DNA of 64,000 nt. Source: Clostridiales bacterium (lineage in GTDB: Bacteria; Bacillota; Clostridia; Christensenellales; Aristaeellaceae). The DNA is taken from positions 62,949 through 126,948 of the forward strand of contig SFIM01000001.1 of the NCBI GenBank assembly GCA_004556155.1. The letters are read 5' to 3'. A program made the position numbers and the translations under genes. The notes under the pieces are model-generated. The model saw only the letters and a list, made by a program, of their open reading frames with translations. It had not been told where the DNA came from and ran no database searches. Positions 26,175 through 36,056 of this stretch are shown here, piece after piece; the first letter of the stretch is position 1; every line of letters starts with the position of its first letter.

Positions 26175-27011
26175 ATGAAACGCTGGATTGCCGGGCTGCT
26201 TGCGCTGATGCTTCTGCTCCCGGCGGCCGCCCTGGCGGTGTCCTATCCCGTGCAGCGCGGCGCGGTCAACGACGATGCGGGCGTGCTCAGTGAGCAGACG
26301 GCTGCGGATATTGGGCAGCTCAATACTGCTGCCCGCAGCGCCGATATCAGCTTTGCGGTGGCCACGCGCCATTTCCTGGGCGGCGCGGACGCGCAAACCT
26401 ATTGCGACGGCCTGTTTGAAGCCTGGAAGCTGGATCAGAAAACCGTCCTTGTCCTGCTGGTGATTGGCGAGGAGCGCTATGCCGTCGCCGTCGGCCAGGG
26501 CGTGCGCGATATGATCGGGCAGGAGCAGATCAACAGCCTGCTGGCTGCCAAGCTGCGCGCGCCGTATCTGAACGACCGCAACTATGACGGCGCGGTGGGC
26601 GATTTTCTGCTGGCGCTGACGGCGCAGGCGGCCAAGAACCGCGGCGTTACGGTAAAGACCAGCGGGCTGTTTGGCTCGGCGCAGGAGAGCGCGTCGGTTA
26701 CCCAGCCCGCTGTGAGCGATCAAACGAATGACAGCAGCTGGTATAACTGGACGGGCGATTGGTGGAACGGCTTTTTCTCTACCGACGATACCGAGTATTA
26801 CCAGGCCAGCGATACAGCCGCCTATGCCCGCAAGGAATCCCACTATGAGGATGAGAACACGGGCTTCAGCCTGGGCAAGCTGATCTTCTTTGCCGTGGTG
26901 CTCATGATTATTTCCAACCGCCGCAAGGCCAAGGGCAAATCCGGCCTGGGGCTGTTTGGATGGATCGTGGCCGGTAAGGGCCTGAAGGAACTGATGAAGG
27001 GCCGCCGCTGA
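26175..27011 (+). CDS. TPM-domain protein with C-terminal TM anchor (YgcG-like)
   Basis: Signal peptide, then VNDDAGVLSEQTAADIGQLN...VLVLLVIGEERYAVAVGQGV (TPM_phosphatase fold pattern), a Trp/Tyr-rich linker and a TM helix. Confidence 0.78.
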   Translation: MKRWIAGLLALMLLLPAAALAVSYPVQRGAVNDDAGVLSEQTAADIGQLNTAARSADISFAVATRHFLGGADAQTYCDGLFEAWKLDQKTVLVLLVIGEERYAVAVGQGVRDMIGQEQINSLLAAKLRAPYLNDRNYDGAVGDFLLALTAQAAKNRGVTVKTSGLFGSAQESASVTQPAVSDQTNDSSWYNWTGDWWNGFFSTDDTEYYQASDTAAYARKESHYEDENTGFSLGKLIFFAVVLMIISNRRKAKGKSGLGLFGWIVAGKGLKELMKGRR

Positions 27012-27070
27012 GCGCATGCCTTGGCCCATCACGGCGCATACTGTATACATAAGCTCACAAGGAGAACGCA

Positions 27071-27979
27071 ATGCCCGGACAGGTAACGGTAACTTATTTT
27101 CACCATTCTGGCTTTATGGCGGCGGTGGAGGATACGCTGCTGATCTTTGATTACTGGCGCGGCGAAAACAACAACCTCACCGGTGCAACGGCGCTTTCGG
27201 AGGCCGATCTGAAGGGCTACAGGCAGGTGCTGTTTTTCGTCACCCATGAGCATCCCGACCACTATGATCAGGTGATCTATGATTTCAAGCACCTGAACTA
27301 TGTGCACTATATCATCGCCGAGGATATGCCCATGGAAGCCAATGGCGACCGTATAGCTGCGGGCGATCAGCGTACCTATGGAGGCGCGCGCGTGACGGCC
27401 TATGGCTCTACCGATTTGGGCGTGTCCTTTTATGTGGAGGTCGGCGGGCTGCACATCTTCCACGCAGGTGATCTGAACCTGTGGCACTGGCGCGAGGAAA
27501 GCACCCTGCGGCAGATCACCCAGGCGGAGAACCTGTATTACGCCGCCGTGCAGCCGCTGATCGGCAAGCCTATCGATGTGTGCATGTTCCCGGTGGATCC
27601 TCGCATGGGCGGCATGTTCGAGGCCGGGGCCAATCACTTTATCATGACCTGCAAGCCCCGCGTGTTCATCCCCATGCACTGGCAGGGGCGCAGCGAGGTG
27701 GCGGCCGATTTTGCCCGCCGCTGCCGCACCAAGTATACCGAGGGGCTGGCGCTGACCAAGCCTCGCGAGCGCGCCGAAATCACCTTTGATAAAAACGCCA
27801 TCAACATTCATGTTTACCTGGCCGCCGAGCAGCGCGAGGATGTGCTCAAGCGCCGCCGCCGCACTGAGAATGAGGATGTGGTGCAGCGCGCGCTGGACGC
27901 CTTTGAAACGGGCGATCCCTTTGCGGAGTCCGACCTGCCGGTGGATCATATTACAGAAAACCAGAAAAAAGCGGAGTAA
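27071..27979 (+). CDS. MBL-fold metallohydrolase with charged C-terminal extension
   Basis: FFVTHEHPDHYD (HxHxDH) and HAGD motifs. Confidence 0.75.
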   Translation: MPGQVTVTYFHHSGFMAAVEDTLLIFDYWRGENNNLTGATALSEADLKGYRQVLFFVTHEHPDHYDQVIYDFKHLNYVHYIIAEDMPMEANGDRIAAGDQRTYGGARVTAYGSTDLGVSFYVEVGGLHIFHAGDLNLWHWREESTLRQITQAENLYYAAVQPLIGKPIDVCMFPVDPRMGGMFEAGANHFIMTCKPRVFIPMHWQGRSEVAADFARRCRTKYTEGLALTKPRERAEITFDKNAINIHVYLAAEQREDVLKRRRRTENEDVVQRALDAFETGDPFAESDLPVDHITENQKKAE

Positions 27980-28009
27980 GCCTTTTGGGCTTGCCGCCGC
28001 TTTTTTGAA

Positions 28010-29392
28010 ATGGAGCGTATTTTGAAGCTGACTAAGAACGCGCGCCTGGAATTGACTGTGGAGTCCTTCGGTGCGGAGGGGGAGGGCGTTTGCCGCTATG
28101 AGGGCATGGCGGTGTTTGTGCCGCGCGCCCTGCCGGGTGAGCGCATCATCGCGCAGATCACCCGTGTGGAAAAGCGCTATGCTTTTGCCCGTGCGATGGA
28201 AATTCTCTCCGCCTCGCCCGACCGCGTAACGCCTGCCTGTCCCTATGCCCGCCAGTGCGGCGGCTGCACCTGCCAGCATATGGCCTATGGTGCGCAGCTG
28301 GCGTTTAAGCGCAGTCAGGTAGAAGGCTGCATGCGCCATATCGCCGGGCTTTCCGTGCCCGTGCAGCCCGTGCTTGGCATGCAGGAGCCCTGGCATTACC
28401 GCAACAAAATTGCCGTGCCGGTATCGGGCACGGCGGAAAATCCGTTGCTGGGCTATTACGCGCCGCGCAGCCATCGTGTGGTGGATGTGCAGCGCTGCCT
28501 GATTGCCCGCGAGGAGGGCAATCAGGTGGTCGCCGCCGTGCGCCGCTGGATGTGCGAAGGGCAAATCGCTCCCTATGATGAAGCCACGCATAAGGGCAAT
28601 GTGCGCCATGTGATGATGCGCGCCAGCCGTGCGGGCGAGGTGATGGCGGTACTGGTGGTCAACGCCCGCACGCTGCCCCACGAGCGCGAGCTGATTGCCT
28701 GCCTGCGCGAGGGCGTGCCCGGCCTGGTATCGGTGTGCGTGTCCGTCAATATGCGGCCTGACAACGTGATCCTGGGCGATTCCTATCGCGTACTCTGGGG
28801 GCAGGAACGGCTGCGCGATACGCTGTGCGGCAATACGTTTTTGCTCTCGCCCCTATCGTTTTTCCAGGTGAACCCAGAGCAGACCGAGCGCCTGTACCGC
28901 ACCGCGCTGGATTTTGCCCAGCTTCGCGGCGACGAAACGGTGGCGGATGTGTACTGCGGCGCGGGCACCATCACCCTGATGCTGGCGCGCCATGCTGCGC
29001 GCGTGATTGGCATTGAAATCGTGCCCGACGCTATCCGCGACGCCAAGGAAAACGCGCGGCTGAACGGCGTAGAGAACGCGCAGTTTTATTGCGGCGCGGC
29101 TGAGAGCATCCTGCCGGAGTTGGTGCGGCAGGGTCTGCGCCCGGATGTGATTGTGCTGGATCCGCCGCGCAAGGGCGCTGACGAGGCCGTGCTGCGCGCC
29201 ATCGCCGTGGCTCAGCCAGCGCGCGTGGTGTATATCAGCTGCAATCCTGCCACCCAGGCACGGGACGCGAGAATCCTGTGCGCCATGGGCTATGCTGCCC
29301 AGCGCTGCCAGCCGGTGGATATGTTCTGCCAAACGGCGGGGGTGGAAAATGTGATGCTGTTTGAAAGGCAACAGGCGGCGGAACAGCCCTGA
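28010..29392 (+). CDS. rlmD: 23S rRNA (uracil-5)-methyltransferase RlmD/RumA family
   Basis: TRAM domain, 4Fe-4S Cys cluster (CPYARQCGGCTCQH), FFQVN, YCGAGT, DPPRKG and SCNPAT motifs. Confidence 0.9.
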   Translation: MERILKLTKNARLELTVESFGAEGEGVCRYEGMAVFVPRALPGERIIAQITRVEKRYAFARAMEILSASPDRVTPACPYARQCGGCTCQHMAYGAQLAFKRSQVEGCMRHIAGLSVPVQPVLGMQEPWHYRNKIAVPVSGTAENPLLGYYAPRSHRVVDVQRCLIAREEGNQVVAAVRRWMCEGQIAPYDEATHKGNVRHVMMRASRAGEVMAVLVVNARTLPHERELIACLREGVPGLVSVCVSVNMRPDNVILGDSYRVLWGQERLRDTLCGNTFLLSPLSFFQVNPEQTERLYRTALDFAQLRGDETVADVYCGAGTITLMLARHAARVIGIEIVPDAIRDAKENARLNGVENAQFYCGAAESILPELVRQGLRPDVIVLDPPRKGADEAVLRAIAVAQPARVVYISCNPATQARDARILCAMGYAAQRCQPVDMFCQTAGVENVMLFERQQAAEQP

Positions 29393-30427
29393 TTACCGCA
29401 GCGGCACATAGCCTGCCTGCCGCACGGCCAGTTGCCCCGCGTCGCTGATCAGCCAATTGACAAAGGCTTCGGTATTGCTGTCGCCCTTGCGGTAAACGGC
29501 GTAATAATTGACCGTATAGGGATAAATGCCTGATTGTAGATTTTCCGTGGTGGGCGCAATGCCGTTGATGGCCAGCACCCGAATACCGCTGCTTTCTACC
29601 AGCTTATTTACATAATACAGATAGCTGTAGCCGATTGCGCCGATGCCGTTGTCGTAATTGCCGATCTGCCGTACAGCGGCGTCCATGCCAATGGAGATAT
29701 AGTTTTCCTCTGCCTGAAGCTCCAGCCCCTGCATCACCATTTCCTCCATGGCGGTCTGGCTGCCGCTGCCGTGCGGGCGCTGATAGGCGTACAGCTTCTG
29801 CGATTCGCCGCCAAGCGCTTTCCAGGAGGAGTATTGCCCCGTGTAGATCTGCCGAATCTGCTGCGCAGTCAGGCTGGTTACGGGGTTCTTTTCATTTACC
29901 ATAAACACAAATGCGTCGTAGCAAAAGGGCACATAAACCAGCTCCACGCCCGCGTCCGCCGCTGCCTGCCGCTCGTCGGCGTTGGGATAGGTAGCCAGCA
30001 CCAGATCGATAGGGTGCGTATCATCCATCATAACGCCCTGGCTTTTGATAGTGGCAAGCGGATTGGACTTGCCCTGCGTCAGCCGGTCATAGGCATAGGG
30101 CGTGGTGGAGAAATTGACAAAGCCGTTCATGTCGCCTTCCTCCAGACCAAGCCATTGCCGCGCCAGCTCCATGGCCATGGGCACGCACACCGTGCTGCCA
30201 TCCATGCTGGGATAGGTGCCCCAATCGCCGATATAAAGATTCTCATACCCCGCCAGGGGCTTCTTTTCGCCCAGATGGAAGCTGCCGTCGGTATCCGCCT
30301 GCTGCCAGTCCGCGCCCTTGCTGACGGCCTGGTTGATCTGGCTCCAGGAGTTGACGGAAGCCTCCTCCGCACAGGCGGGCAGGACAAGCAGCATGCAGCA
30401 GAGCAGCAGGCAAAGCAACTGTTTCAT
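29393..30427 (-). CDS. lipoprotein with type-2 periplasmic-binding-fold domain (PstS-family-like), orphan
   Basis: Lipobox LVLPAC; ...AQQIRQIYTGQYSSWKALGG...RPHGSGSQTAM..GAIGYSYLYYV. No ABC permease or ATPase genes adjacent. Confidence 0.65.
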   Translation of the reverse strand: MKQLLCLLLCCMLLVLPACAEEASVNSWSQINQAVSKGADWQQADTDGSFHLGEKKPLAGYENLYIGDWGTYPSMDGSTVCVPMAMELARQWLGLEEGDMNGFVNFSTTPYAYDRLTQGKSNPLATIKSQGVMMDDTHPIDLVLATYPNADERQAAADAGVELVYVPFCYDAFVFMVNEKNPVTSLTAQQIRQIYTGQYSSWKALGGESQKLYAYQRPHGSGSQTAMEEMVMQGLELQAEENYISIGMDAAVRQIGNYDNGIGAIGYSYLYYVNKLVESSGIRVLAINGIAPTTENLQSGIYPYTVNYYAVYRKGDSNTEAFVNWLISDAGQLAVRQAGYVPLR

Positions 30428-30481
30428 CGTTCTTCCTCCTATAATCGGGTTGTATTTCAAGCTTCAAAGCATTCCTGCGGT

Positions 30482-31408
30482 TTAATGTCCCGAGGAAAGC
30501 GTATCCCCGTTGTCGCCGCGATAGATAAAGTCGTCTGTATAGTATTGAACGAAGCGTGGATTATCGTTCTTATTTGCCGTCAAACCATCGGGCAGGGAAA
30601 CCAGTTCCAGCGATACGCAGCGCCAAAATGCATAGTCGCCGATTTCCGTTACGGTCAGCGGCACGGCAATGGATTGCAGCCTGCCGCAAGTGGCAAAGGC
30701 GCCGCTGCCGATGGTCTTCAGGCCGATGGGCAGGGAGATGGTTTTCAGATAATCGGTGCCAAAAGCGTAAGGCCAAATATGCTCCACCCCGGCGGGCACA
30801 TCGTAGTGCTCATCCGTTCTGCCGCCGGGATAGGCCAGCAGCGTTTTGCCATCCTTGAAAAATAACACGCCGTCAATTGCATGGTAGAGTGGATGATCCT
30901 CGGGGACCTCATAGGTGATGACCGTACAATCATAGAAGCTGTTCAAAAGCTCCTGAGCGGGCAGGGTGGATTCAATGCGCAGCACATCGAAAAAGCAGAA
31001 TTCAAAAGCACCCGCTTCCAATACCTCCAGTTGTTCAGGCAGCGTGAAGGCGTTGAAGTGCAGACAATAGAAGGATTCCCCGCCCAAATATCGCAGCGTG
31101 GAGGGCAGCGATACCTGATGCGGAGGATGATCGCCAAACATCATATCCTCAAAGCGCGGGCCATTTTCTAAGAATTTTGGCTTAGTTTTCACAAATTCTC
31201 TCGAGATAGGATCCCAGGTGGAATGGCTGGCCTGGCTCAGCGCCGTAACGCCCTCAAATATAATGAGCGTGTCATCCTGCACTTCGGCATATTGATCGTA
31301 GCCCCAGGCTTCCCAGTCCGCCCGCCAGTCATAAGGGGGAGTTTCTTCCCCCAGCGCGGCAGGACCAAGCAAAACGAGAGCAAGCAGCAATAGAAGAATT
31401 CGCTTCAT
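30482..31408 (-). CDS. secreted BspA-type leucine-rich-repeat protein
   Basis: Signal peptide. Repeats such as LKTISLPIGLKTIGSGAFATCGRLQSIAVPLTVTEIGDYAFWRCVSLELVSLP. Confidence 0.75.
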   Translation of the reverse strand: MKRILLLLLALVLLGPAALGEETPPYDWRADWEAWGYDQYAEVQDDTLIIFEGVTALSQASHSTWDPISREFVKTKPKFLENGPRFEDMMFGDHPPHQVSLPSTLRYLGGESFYCLHFNAFTLPEQLEVLEAGAFEFCFFDVLRIESTLPAQELLNSFYDCTVITYEVPEDHPLYHAIDGVLFFKDGKTLLAYPGGRTDEHYDVPAGVEHIWPYAFGTDYLKTISLPIGLKTIGSGAFATCGRLQSIAVPLTVTEIGDYAFWRCVSLELVSLPDGLTANKNDNPRFVQYYTDDFIYRGDNGDTLSSGH

Positions 31409-31526
31409 CCTGATTCCTCCCGGAGATTTCGTATCGTAAAATAAACTCTATGGCGGCATTTGCTTCCATCAATGATTGTAGCATGGCTGGAAAACAAAAG
31501 CAATACGACCGATTGTAAATTCACCC

Positions 31527-31555
31527 TTGCCCAAATTCGGCGCAGGATGTATGAT
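31527..31555 (+). promoter_or_regulatory. candidate pepT promoter
   Basis: TTGCCC (31527-31532), 17 nt spacer, TATGAT (31550-31555). Confidence 0.45.
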
Positions 31556-31618
31556 AACAAAGGGGAACGGTGCTGCCGCTTCCCCGCAAGCGATAGTCAT
31601 CCGAAAGGAGCAACGGAA

Positions 31619-32824
31619 ATGACCTTACAGGAACGGTTTCTGCGCTATGTAAAGATCAATACAACCAGCGATGAAAACGGCCAGGGCTGCCCTTCTGCGG
31701 CCTGCGAATGGGAGCTGGCCAGGCTGCTGGCTGACGAAATGCGCGCGATGGGGGTGTCCAATGTCCGCCTGGATGCGCATGCCTATGTGTATGGCGAAAT
31801 CCCCGCCAATTGTGAGCACGCGCCCGCCATCGGCCTGATCGCCCACATGGATACGGTGGACGCGGTGCCCGGCCGTGCCTTTCATCCCCGCGTGGTGGAG
31901 TATCAGGGCGGCGATATCTGCCTGAATGCTGAAAAGGGCATTGTGCTGAGCGAAAAGGACTTTCCTGAGCTTTCTCAGCGCCGCGGCAAGCGCCTGATCG
32001 TCACCGACGGCACCACCGTGCTGGGGGCGGACGATAAGGCTGGCGTGGCCGAAATCATGACGCTGTGCGAGCGCGTGCTGCAGGATGGCAGCATCCGCCA
32101 TGGAAAAATCTGCATCGGCTTTACGCCCGATGAGGAAATCGGCAGCGGCGCGGATCTGTTTGACGTGCCCGCCTTCGGCGCGGACTTTGCCTATACTGTG
32201 GATGGCGGCGAAATCAACGAGCTGGAATATGAAAACTTCAACGCCGCATCGGCCAAGGTGACGGTGCATGGGCGCAACATCCATCCCGGCTCCGCCAAGA
32301 ACCGCATGAAGCACGCCGCACGCATCGCCATGGAGTTTAACGCCATGCTGCCTGTGCAGGAAAAGCCGGAATATACCGAGGGCTACGAGGGCTTCTACCA
32401 CCTGACCGCCATCCATGGCGATGAGGAAAATGCCGAGGCGGGCTATATCCTGCGCGATCATGACGCAGCCAAGCTGGAACAAAAGAAGCGTACTATGCAG
32501 CTTGTGGCGGATTTCCTGAATGCCCGCTACGGCGCGGGCACGGTGGAGCTGGCGCTGCGCGATTCCTACCGCAACATGCGCGAGGTGATAGAGCAGCATA
32601 TGGATGTGATCGAGCGCGCGCAGGCAGCCATCCGCAAGAACGGCCTGGAGCCGCGCTGCGTGCCCATCCGCGGCGGTACAGACGGCGCGCGGCTGAGCTT
32701 TATGGGGCTGCCCTGCCCCAACCTTGGCACTGGCGGCGCGAACTGCCACGGCATTTATGAGTACGCCGCCGTCGAGGATATGGAGAAAATGGTGGATATC
32801 CTGCTGGATATCGTGCGCGCGTAA
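31619..32824 (+). CDS. pepT: peptidase T (tripeptide aminopeptidase, M20B)
   Basis: MTLQERFLRYVKINTTSDE...IGLIAHMDTV...GADDKAGVAEIM...FTPDEEIG. ATG 31619 after AAAGGAG. Confidence 0.93.
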   Translation: MTLQERFLRYVKINTTSDENGQGCPSAACEWELARLLADEMRAMGVSNVRLDAHAYVYGEIPANCEHAPAIGLIAHMDTVDAVPGRAFHPRVVEYQGGDICLNAEKGIVLSEKDFPELSQRRGKRLIVTDGTTVLGADDKAGVAEIMTLCERVLQDGSIRHGKICIGFTPDEEIGSGADLFDVPAFGADFAYTVDGGEINELEYENFNAASAKVTVHGRNIHPGSAKNRMKHAARIAMEFNAMLPVQEKPEYTEGYEGFYHLTAIHGDEENAEAGYILRDHDAAKLEQKKRTMQLVADFLNARYGAGTVELALRDSYRNMREVIEQHMDVIERAQAAIRKNGLEPRCVPIRGGTDGARLSFMGLPCPNLGTGGANCHGIYEYAAVEDMEKMVDILLDIVRA

Positions 32825-33085
32825 GCTGGCTTATACAAAAAGAGGGGAATAGGTTGAACTTTAACTTATACGTTCAATGCGGGCGATTCTGCCCTGACGG
32901 CGCTGCTGCCGTACATTCTGGCGGGCGTGCTGCTGGGCACGCTGACCCACAAGCTGGCGGTAAAGAAGGGCTATAAGGGTTATTTCTGGACGGTGATTGG
33001 GCTGATTTATGTGGTTGGCCTGCCTGTCAAAACAACGAGCCCTGCGCCGCAAAATACGGAAAAGGCTGAATAAGAACCATAAACA

Positions 33086-33118
33086 AATCGCGTCTGTCAT
33101 GATGACAGGCGCGATTTT
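33086..33118. terminator. bidirectional terminator
   Basis: AATCGCGTCTGTCAT/ATGACAGGCGCGATT near-perfect inverted repeat followed by TTTG. Lies between convergent small ORFs. Confidence 0.7.
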
Positions 33119-33120
33119 GC

Positions 33121-33408
33121 TTATGAGTTTTCATCATTTTGCGGCTGCTCAGGCGCTTCAGGCGGCTGGGCATTGAGCGCGCTGCGCAGTGCGTCCAGCT
33201 GCTCGGGGGAAAGGCTGGACAGCAATTCGTCGATTTCATCCTGCGGGCAGGATGCGCACTTCTGCTTGGCGGTCAGCTTTTGCCACACTTCCTCGCCGTG
33301 CTGGGACAGGCTGTTTACGCCCTGTCCAACCTTTTGAATGCCCTTATCCGCCAGGCCGACGCCGGCCAGCAGCACCCTTTTGATTTCATTGCACGCCTGA
33401 TCCATCAT
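33121..33408 (-). CDS. small phasin-like / hypothetical protein
   Basis: MMDQACNEIKRVLLAGVGLADKGIQKVGQG... loosely resembles the phasin-superfamily N-terminus. Acidic Pro/Gln-rich tail. Confidence 0.4.
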   Translation of the reverse strand: MMDQACNEIKRVLLAGVGLADKGIQKVGQGVNSLSQHGEEVWQKLTAKQKCASCPQDEIDELLSSLSPEQLDALRSALNAQPPEAPEQPQNDENS

Positions 33409-33476
33409 CCATAACAACTCCCTTCAGCGTTATTATGGCAAAAGGACGGTTTAATATGACTGCAAAATTGCCGCGA

Positions 33477-34874
33477 TCAGCTGGCGGATTCTTCATCCTG
33501 CGCGTCGTCCAGGGGCAGCAGCTTTACCGACTGCGCATCGCTGAGCGCTTCCACATCGCGTAGGCGACGGTTGATGGCGCGTGTGCGCACGGAGGCCTTT
33601 TCAATGGTTTCGCCTGCCTGGCGCAGCCGCTGCTGCGTTTGATCCAACAGATCGCTGAAACGTCCAAACTCGGTCTTGACCGCGCCCAGCAGCTGCCACA
33701 CCTCGGCGGAGCGCTGCTCGATGGCCAGCGTGCGGAAGCCCAATTGCAGGCTGCTGAGCAGCGCGGACAGCGTGGACGGCCCGGCGATGAGCACGCGCTG
33801 ATTCTGTTGCAATTCTTCCATCAGGCCGCGGCTGCGCAGCGCTTCGGCGTACAAGCCCTCGGTAGCCAAAAACATCACCGCAAAATCGGTGGTATAGGGC
33901 GGGACGATATACTTTTTGGCGATGCGCTTGGCCTCGGTGCGGATGGCGCCGCACAGCTCGTTGCTGGCGGCGTTCACCTGCGTTGGGTCTCCGCCGTCTA
34001 CGGCGGTCAGCAGGCGGTCATAATCCTCCATGGGAAACTTGGAATCGATGGGCAGATAAATTTTGTGGGTATCGTCCTTGCCGGGCAGGATGACGGCGAA
34101 TTCCACGCGCTCCGCAGAGCCCGGCACGACGGCTACGTTTTCGGCGTACTGGCCGGGCGCCAGCATCTGCGACAGCAGTGTGCCGAGCTGCACCTCGCCC
34201 CAGATGCCGCGCGTTTTTACATTGCTGAGCACGCGCTTGAGATCGCCCACGCCCGTGGCCAGGCTTTGCATTTCGCCCAGGCCCTTATACACCTGCTCCA
34301 GGCGCTCATTGACCAGTGAGAAGCTTTCGCCCAGGCGCTTATTGAGCGTTTCATGCAGCTTTTCATCCACGGTCTGGCGCATACTTTCCAGCTTTTCGGC
34401 GTTGTCCTTTTGCATTTTTTCCATGCTTTGCGCCAGCGATTCGCGCAGCTTTTCGGTGCGCTGATCATTGGCCGACAGCTTTTCATCCAGCGTGACGGAC
34501 ATGCGGTGCAGCCGCGTATCCTGCGCCTGGCCGAAGGCATCCAGACGTGCGCCCAGCTGATCCAGGCGCTGATCGCGGTCGCGGCCGTTTTCGGCCATGG
34601 CGGCGGCGGAGGCTGCCTGCTGGCGCGCCATTTCGCCGCGCAGCCGGTCTTCCAGCGTGGCAAAGGCGTTGGCGGTTTGATCGCTGAGCTGCTGCCTGCC
34701 CTGGGCTATGCAGTCGGTAATGCGATCCACGTTGCGCTCGGTCTGGTCGCGCATGCGCTCCTGCTGGCGGCGCTGACGAACCAGCAGCATGCAAAGCAGC
34801 GCGCAGCCCAATATCAGCAGCGCGCCGCAGAAAAGAAGCAAAGCTCCCGTATAAGCGTTGAGTTGTTCAAGCAT
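33477..34874 (-). CDS. rmuC: DNA recombination protein RmuC
   Basis: N-terminal TM helix, long coiled coil, then GIWGEVQLGTLLSQML..VEFAVILPG...IDSKFPMEDY...FAVMFLATEGLYAE. Confidence 0.9.
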   Translation of the reverse strand: MLEQLNAYTGALLLFCGALLILGCALLCMLLVRQRRQQERMRDQTERNVDRITDCIAQGRQQLSDQTANAFATLEDRLRGEMARQQAASAAAMAENGRDRDQRLDQLGARLDAFGQAQDTRLHRMSVTLDEKLSANDQRTEKLRESLAQSMEKMQKDNAEKLESMRQTVDEKLHETLNKRLGESFSLVNERLEQVYKGLGEMQSLATGVGDLKRVLSNVKTRGIWGEVQLGTLLSQMLAPGQYAENVAVVPGSAERVEFAVILPGKDDTHKIYLPIDSKFPMEDYDRLLTAVDGGDPTQVNAASNELCGAIRTEAKRIAKKYIVPPYTTDFAVMFLATEGLYAEALRSRGLMEELQQNQRVLIAGPSTLSALLSSLQLGFRTLAIEQRSAEVWQLLGAVKTEFGRFSDLLDQTQQRLRQAGETIEKASVRTRAINRRLRDVEALSDAQSVKLLPLDDAQDEESAS

Positions 34875-35457
34875 ATGCTTTCCCCATTTTCCAGTGCTTA
34901 TAGCACAGGCCGATATAACGGATGGACTGCTGATTGTCAATAAGCACCTGCTCGCCCACCTTGACCACCTGACCTGCGCCGTTTACGCGGGCGTTCATGG
35001 TGGCTTTGCAGCCGCACCAGCACAGGCCGCCGGGCACCTCGCTGATATCCTCGGCCAGGCGCATCAACGCGGCGGAGCCGGGAAAAAAGTTGCCCATAAA
35101 GTCCGTTTTCAGCCCGTAGCAGTAAAACTCGTGTTCGCCGGACATATCGGCGATTTCCTGTACCTGCGCTTCGGTGAGAAACTGCGCCTCATCTACAAAC
35201 ACATAGGGAAAATCGTTGTGCGCGTGCCGTACGGCCAGCCAGGAAAGCTGCTCCCGCACGCTATGCCCGGCTTCCAGCACGATATCCGCCTGCGCCTGCA
35301 GGCCTACGCGGGAATAAACGGTGTTTGCGTCGATGCGCGTATCGATGGCGGGCTTGACCAGCGCTACCTTGAAACCCTGCTGCAGGCAGTTGTAGCGCTG
35401 CATCAGCAGCATGGCTGTTTTGCTGGAGCCCATTACGCCGTAATAAAAGTGCAGCAT
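34867..35457 (-). CDS. tdk: thymidine kinase
   Basis: MLHFYYGVMGSSKTAMLL (P-loop), VFVDEAQF, and the C-terminal zinc motif CWCGCKATMNARV...LCYKHW. Confidence 0.93.
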   Translation of the reverse strand: MLHFYYGVMGSSKTAMLLMQRYNCLQQGFKVALVKPAIDTRIDANTVYSRVGLQAQADIVLEAGHSVREQLSWLAVRHAHNDFPYVFVDEAQFLTEAQVQEIADMSGEHEFYCYGLKTDFMGNFFPGSAALMRLAEDISEVPGGLCWCGCKATMNARVNGAGQVVKVGEQVLIDNQQSIRYIGLCYKHWKMGKAYA

Positions 35458-36056
35458 TACAGTTCCCGCCTGCCTTCCATGGCCTTGGACAGGGTGATCT
35501 CGTCCGCATATTCCAGATCGCTGCCCACCGGCACGCCATGCGCGATGCGCGTAACCCGCACGCCCATGGGCTTGATCAGCCGGGCGATATAGGCCGCAGT
35601 GGCTTCACCCTCGATGTCGGGATTGGTTGCCAAAATCACCTCGTCCACCTTTTCGGTGGACAGGCGGGCAAGCAGCTCGCGGATATGAATATCCTCCGGG
35701 CCGACGCCGTTCATGGGGGACAGCGCACCGTGCAGCACATGATAGCGGCCGTGATAGTCGCGCATGCGTTCCATGGCGGCTACGTCACGCGGATCGCGCA
35801 CCACGCAGATCTGCCCGTTTTGCCGGGCCTCGTCCGCGCAGATATCGCAGATTTCGTTTTGCGTGTAATTGCCGCAGACAGCGCAGAAGCGCACGGCCTT
35901 GCGCCCCTGCCAGATGGCGGCGGCCAGGTCATGCACATCCTGTTCGGGCATACCGGCGATATGATAGGCCAGGCGCTGGGCGCTTTTTTGCCCGATACCG
36001 GGCAGGCGCGCCAGCTGCGCGGCCATCCGCGCGATGGGCTCTACTGTGCCGCTCAT
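35457..36056 (-). CDS. recR: recombination protein RecR
   Basis: LARLPGIGQKSAQRLAYH (HhH), CAVCGNYTQNEICDIC (zinc finger), Toprim segment. Confidence 0.96.
   Translation of the reverse strand: MSGTVEPIARMAAQLARLPGIGQKSAQRLAYHIAGMPEQDVHDLAAAIWQGRKAVRFCAVCGNYTQNEICDICADEARQNGQICVVRDPRDVAAMERMRDYHGRYHVLHGALSPMNGVGPEDIHIRELLARLSTEKVDEVILATNPDIEGEATAAYIARLIKPMGVRVTRIAHGVPVGSDLEYADEITLSKAMEGRREL

Noticed and set aside
26019-28681. 350-aa and 550-aa minus-strand ORFs
   Set aside because: They are antisense to the TPM, MBL-fold and rlmD genes. Their composition is typical of high-GC antisense frames.
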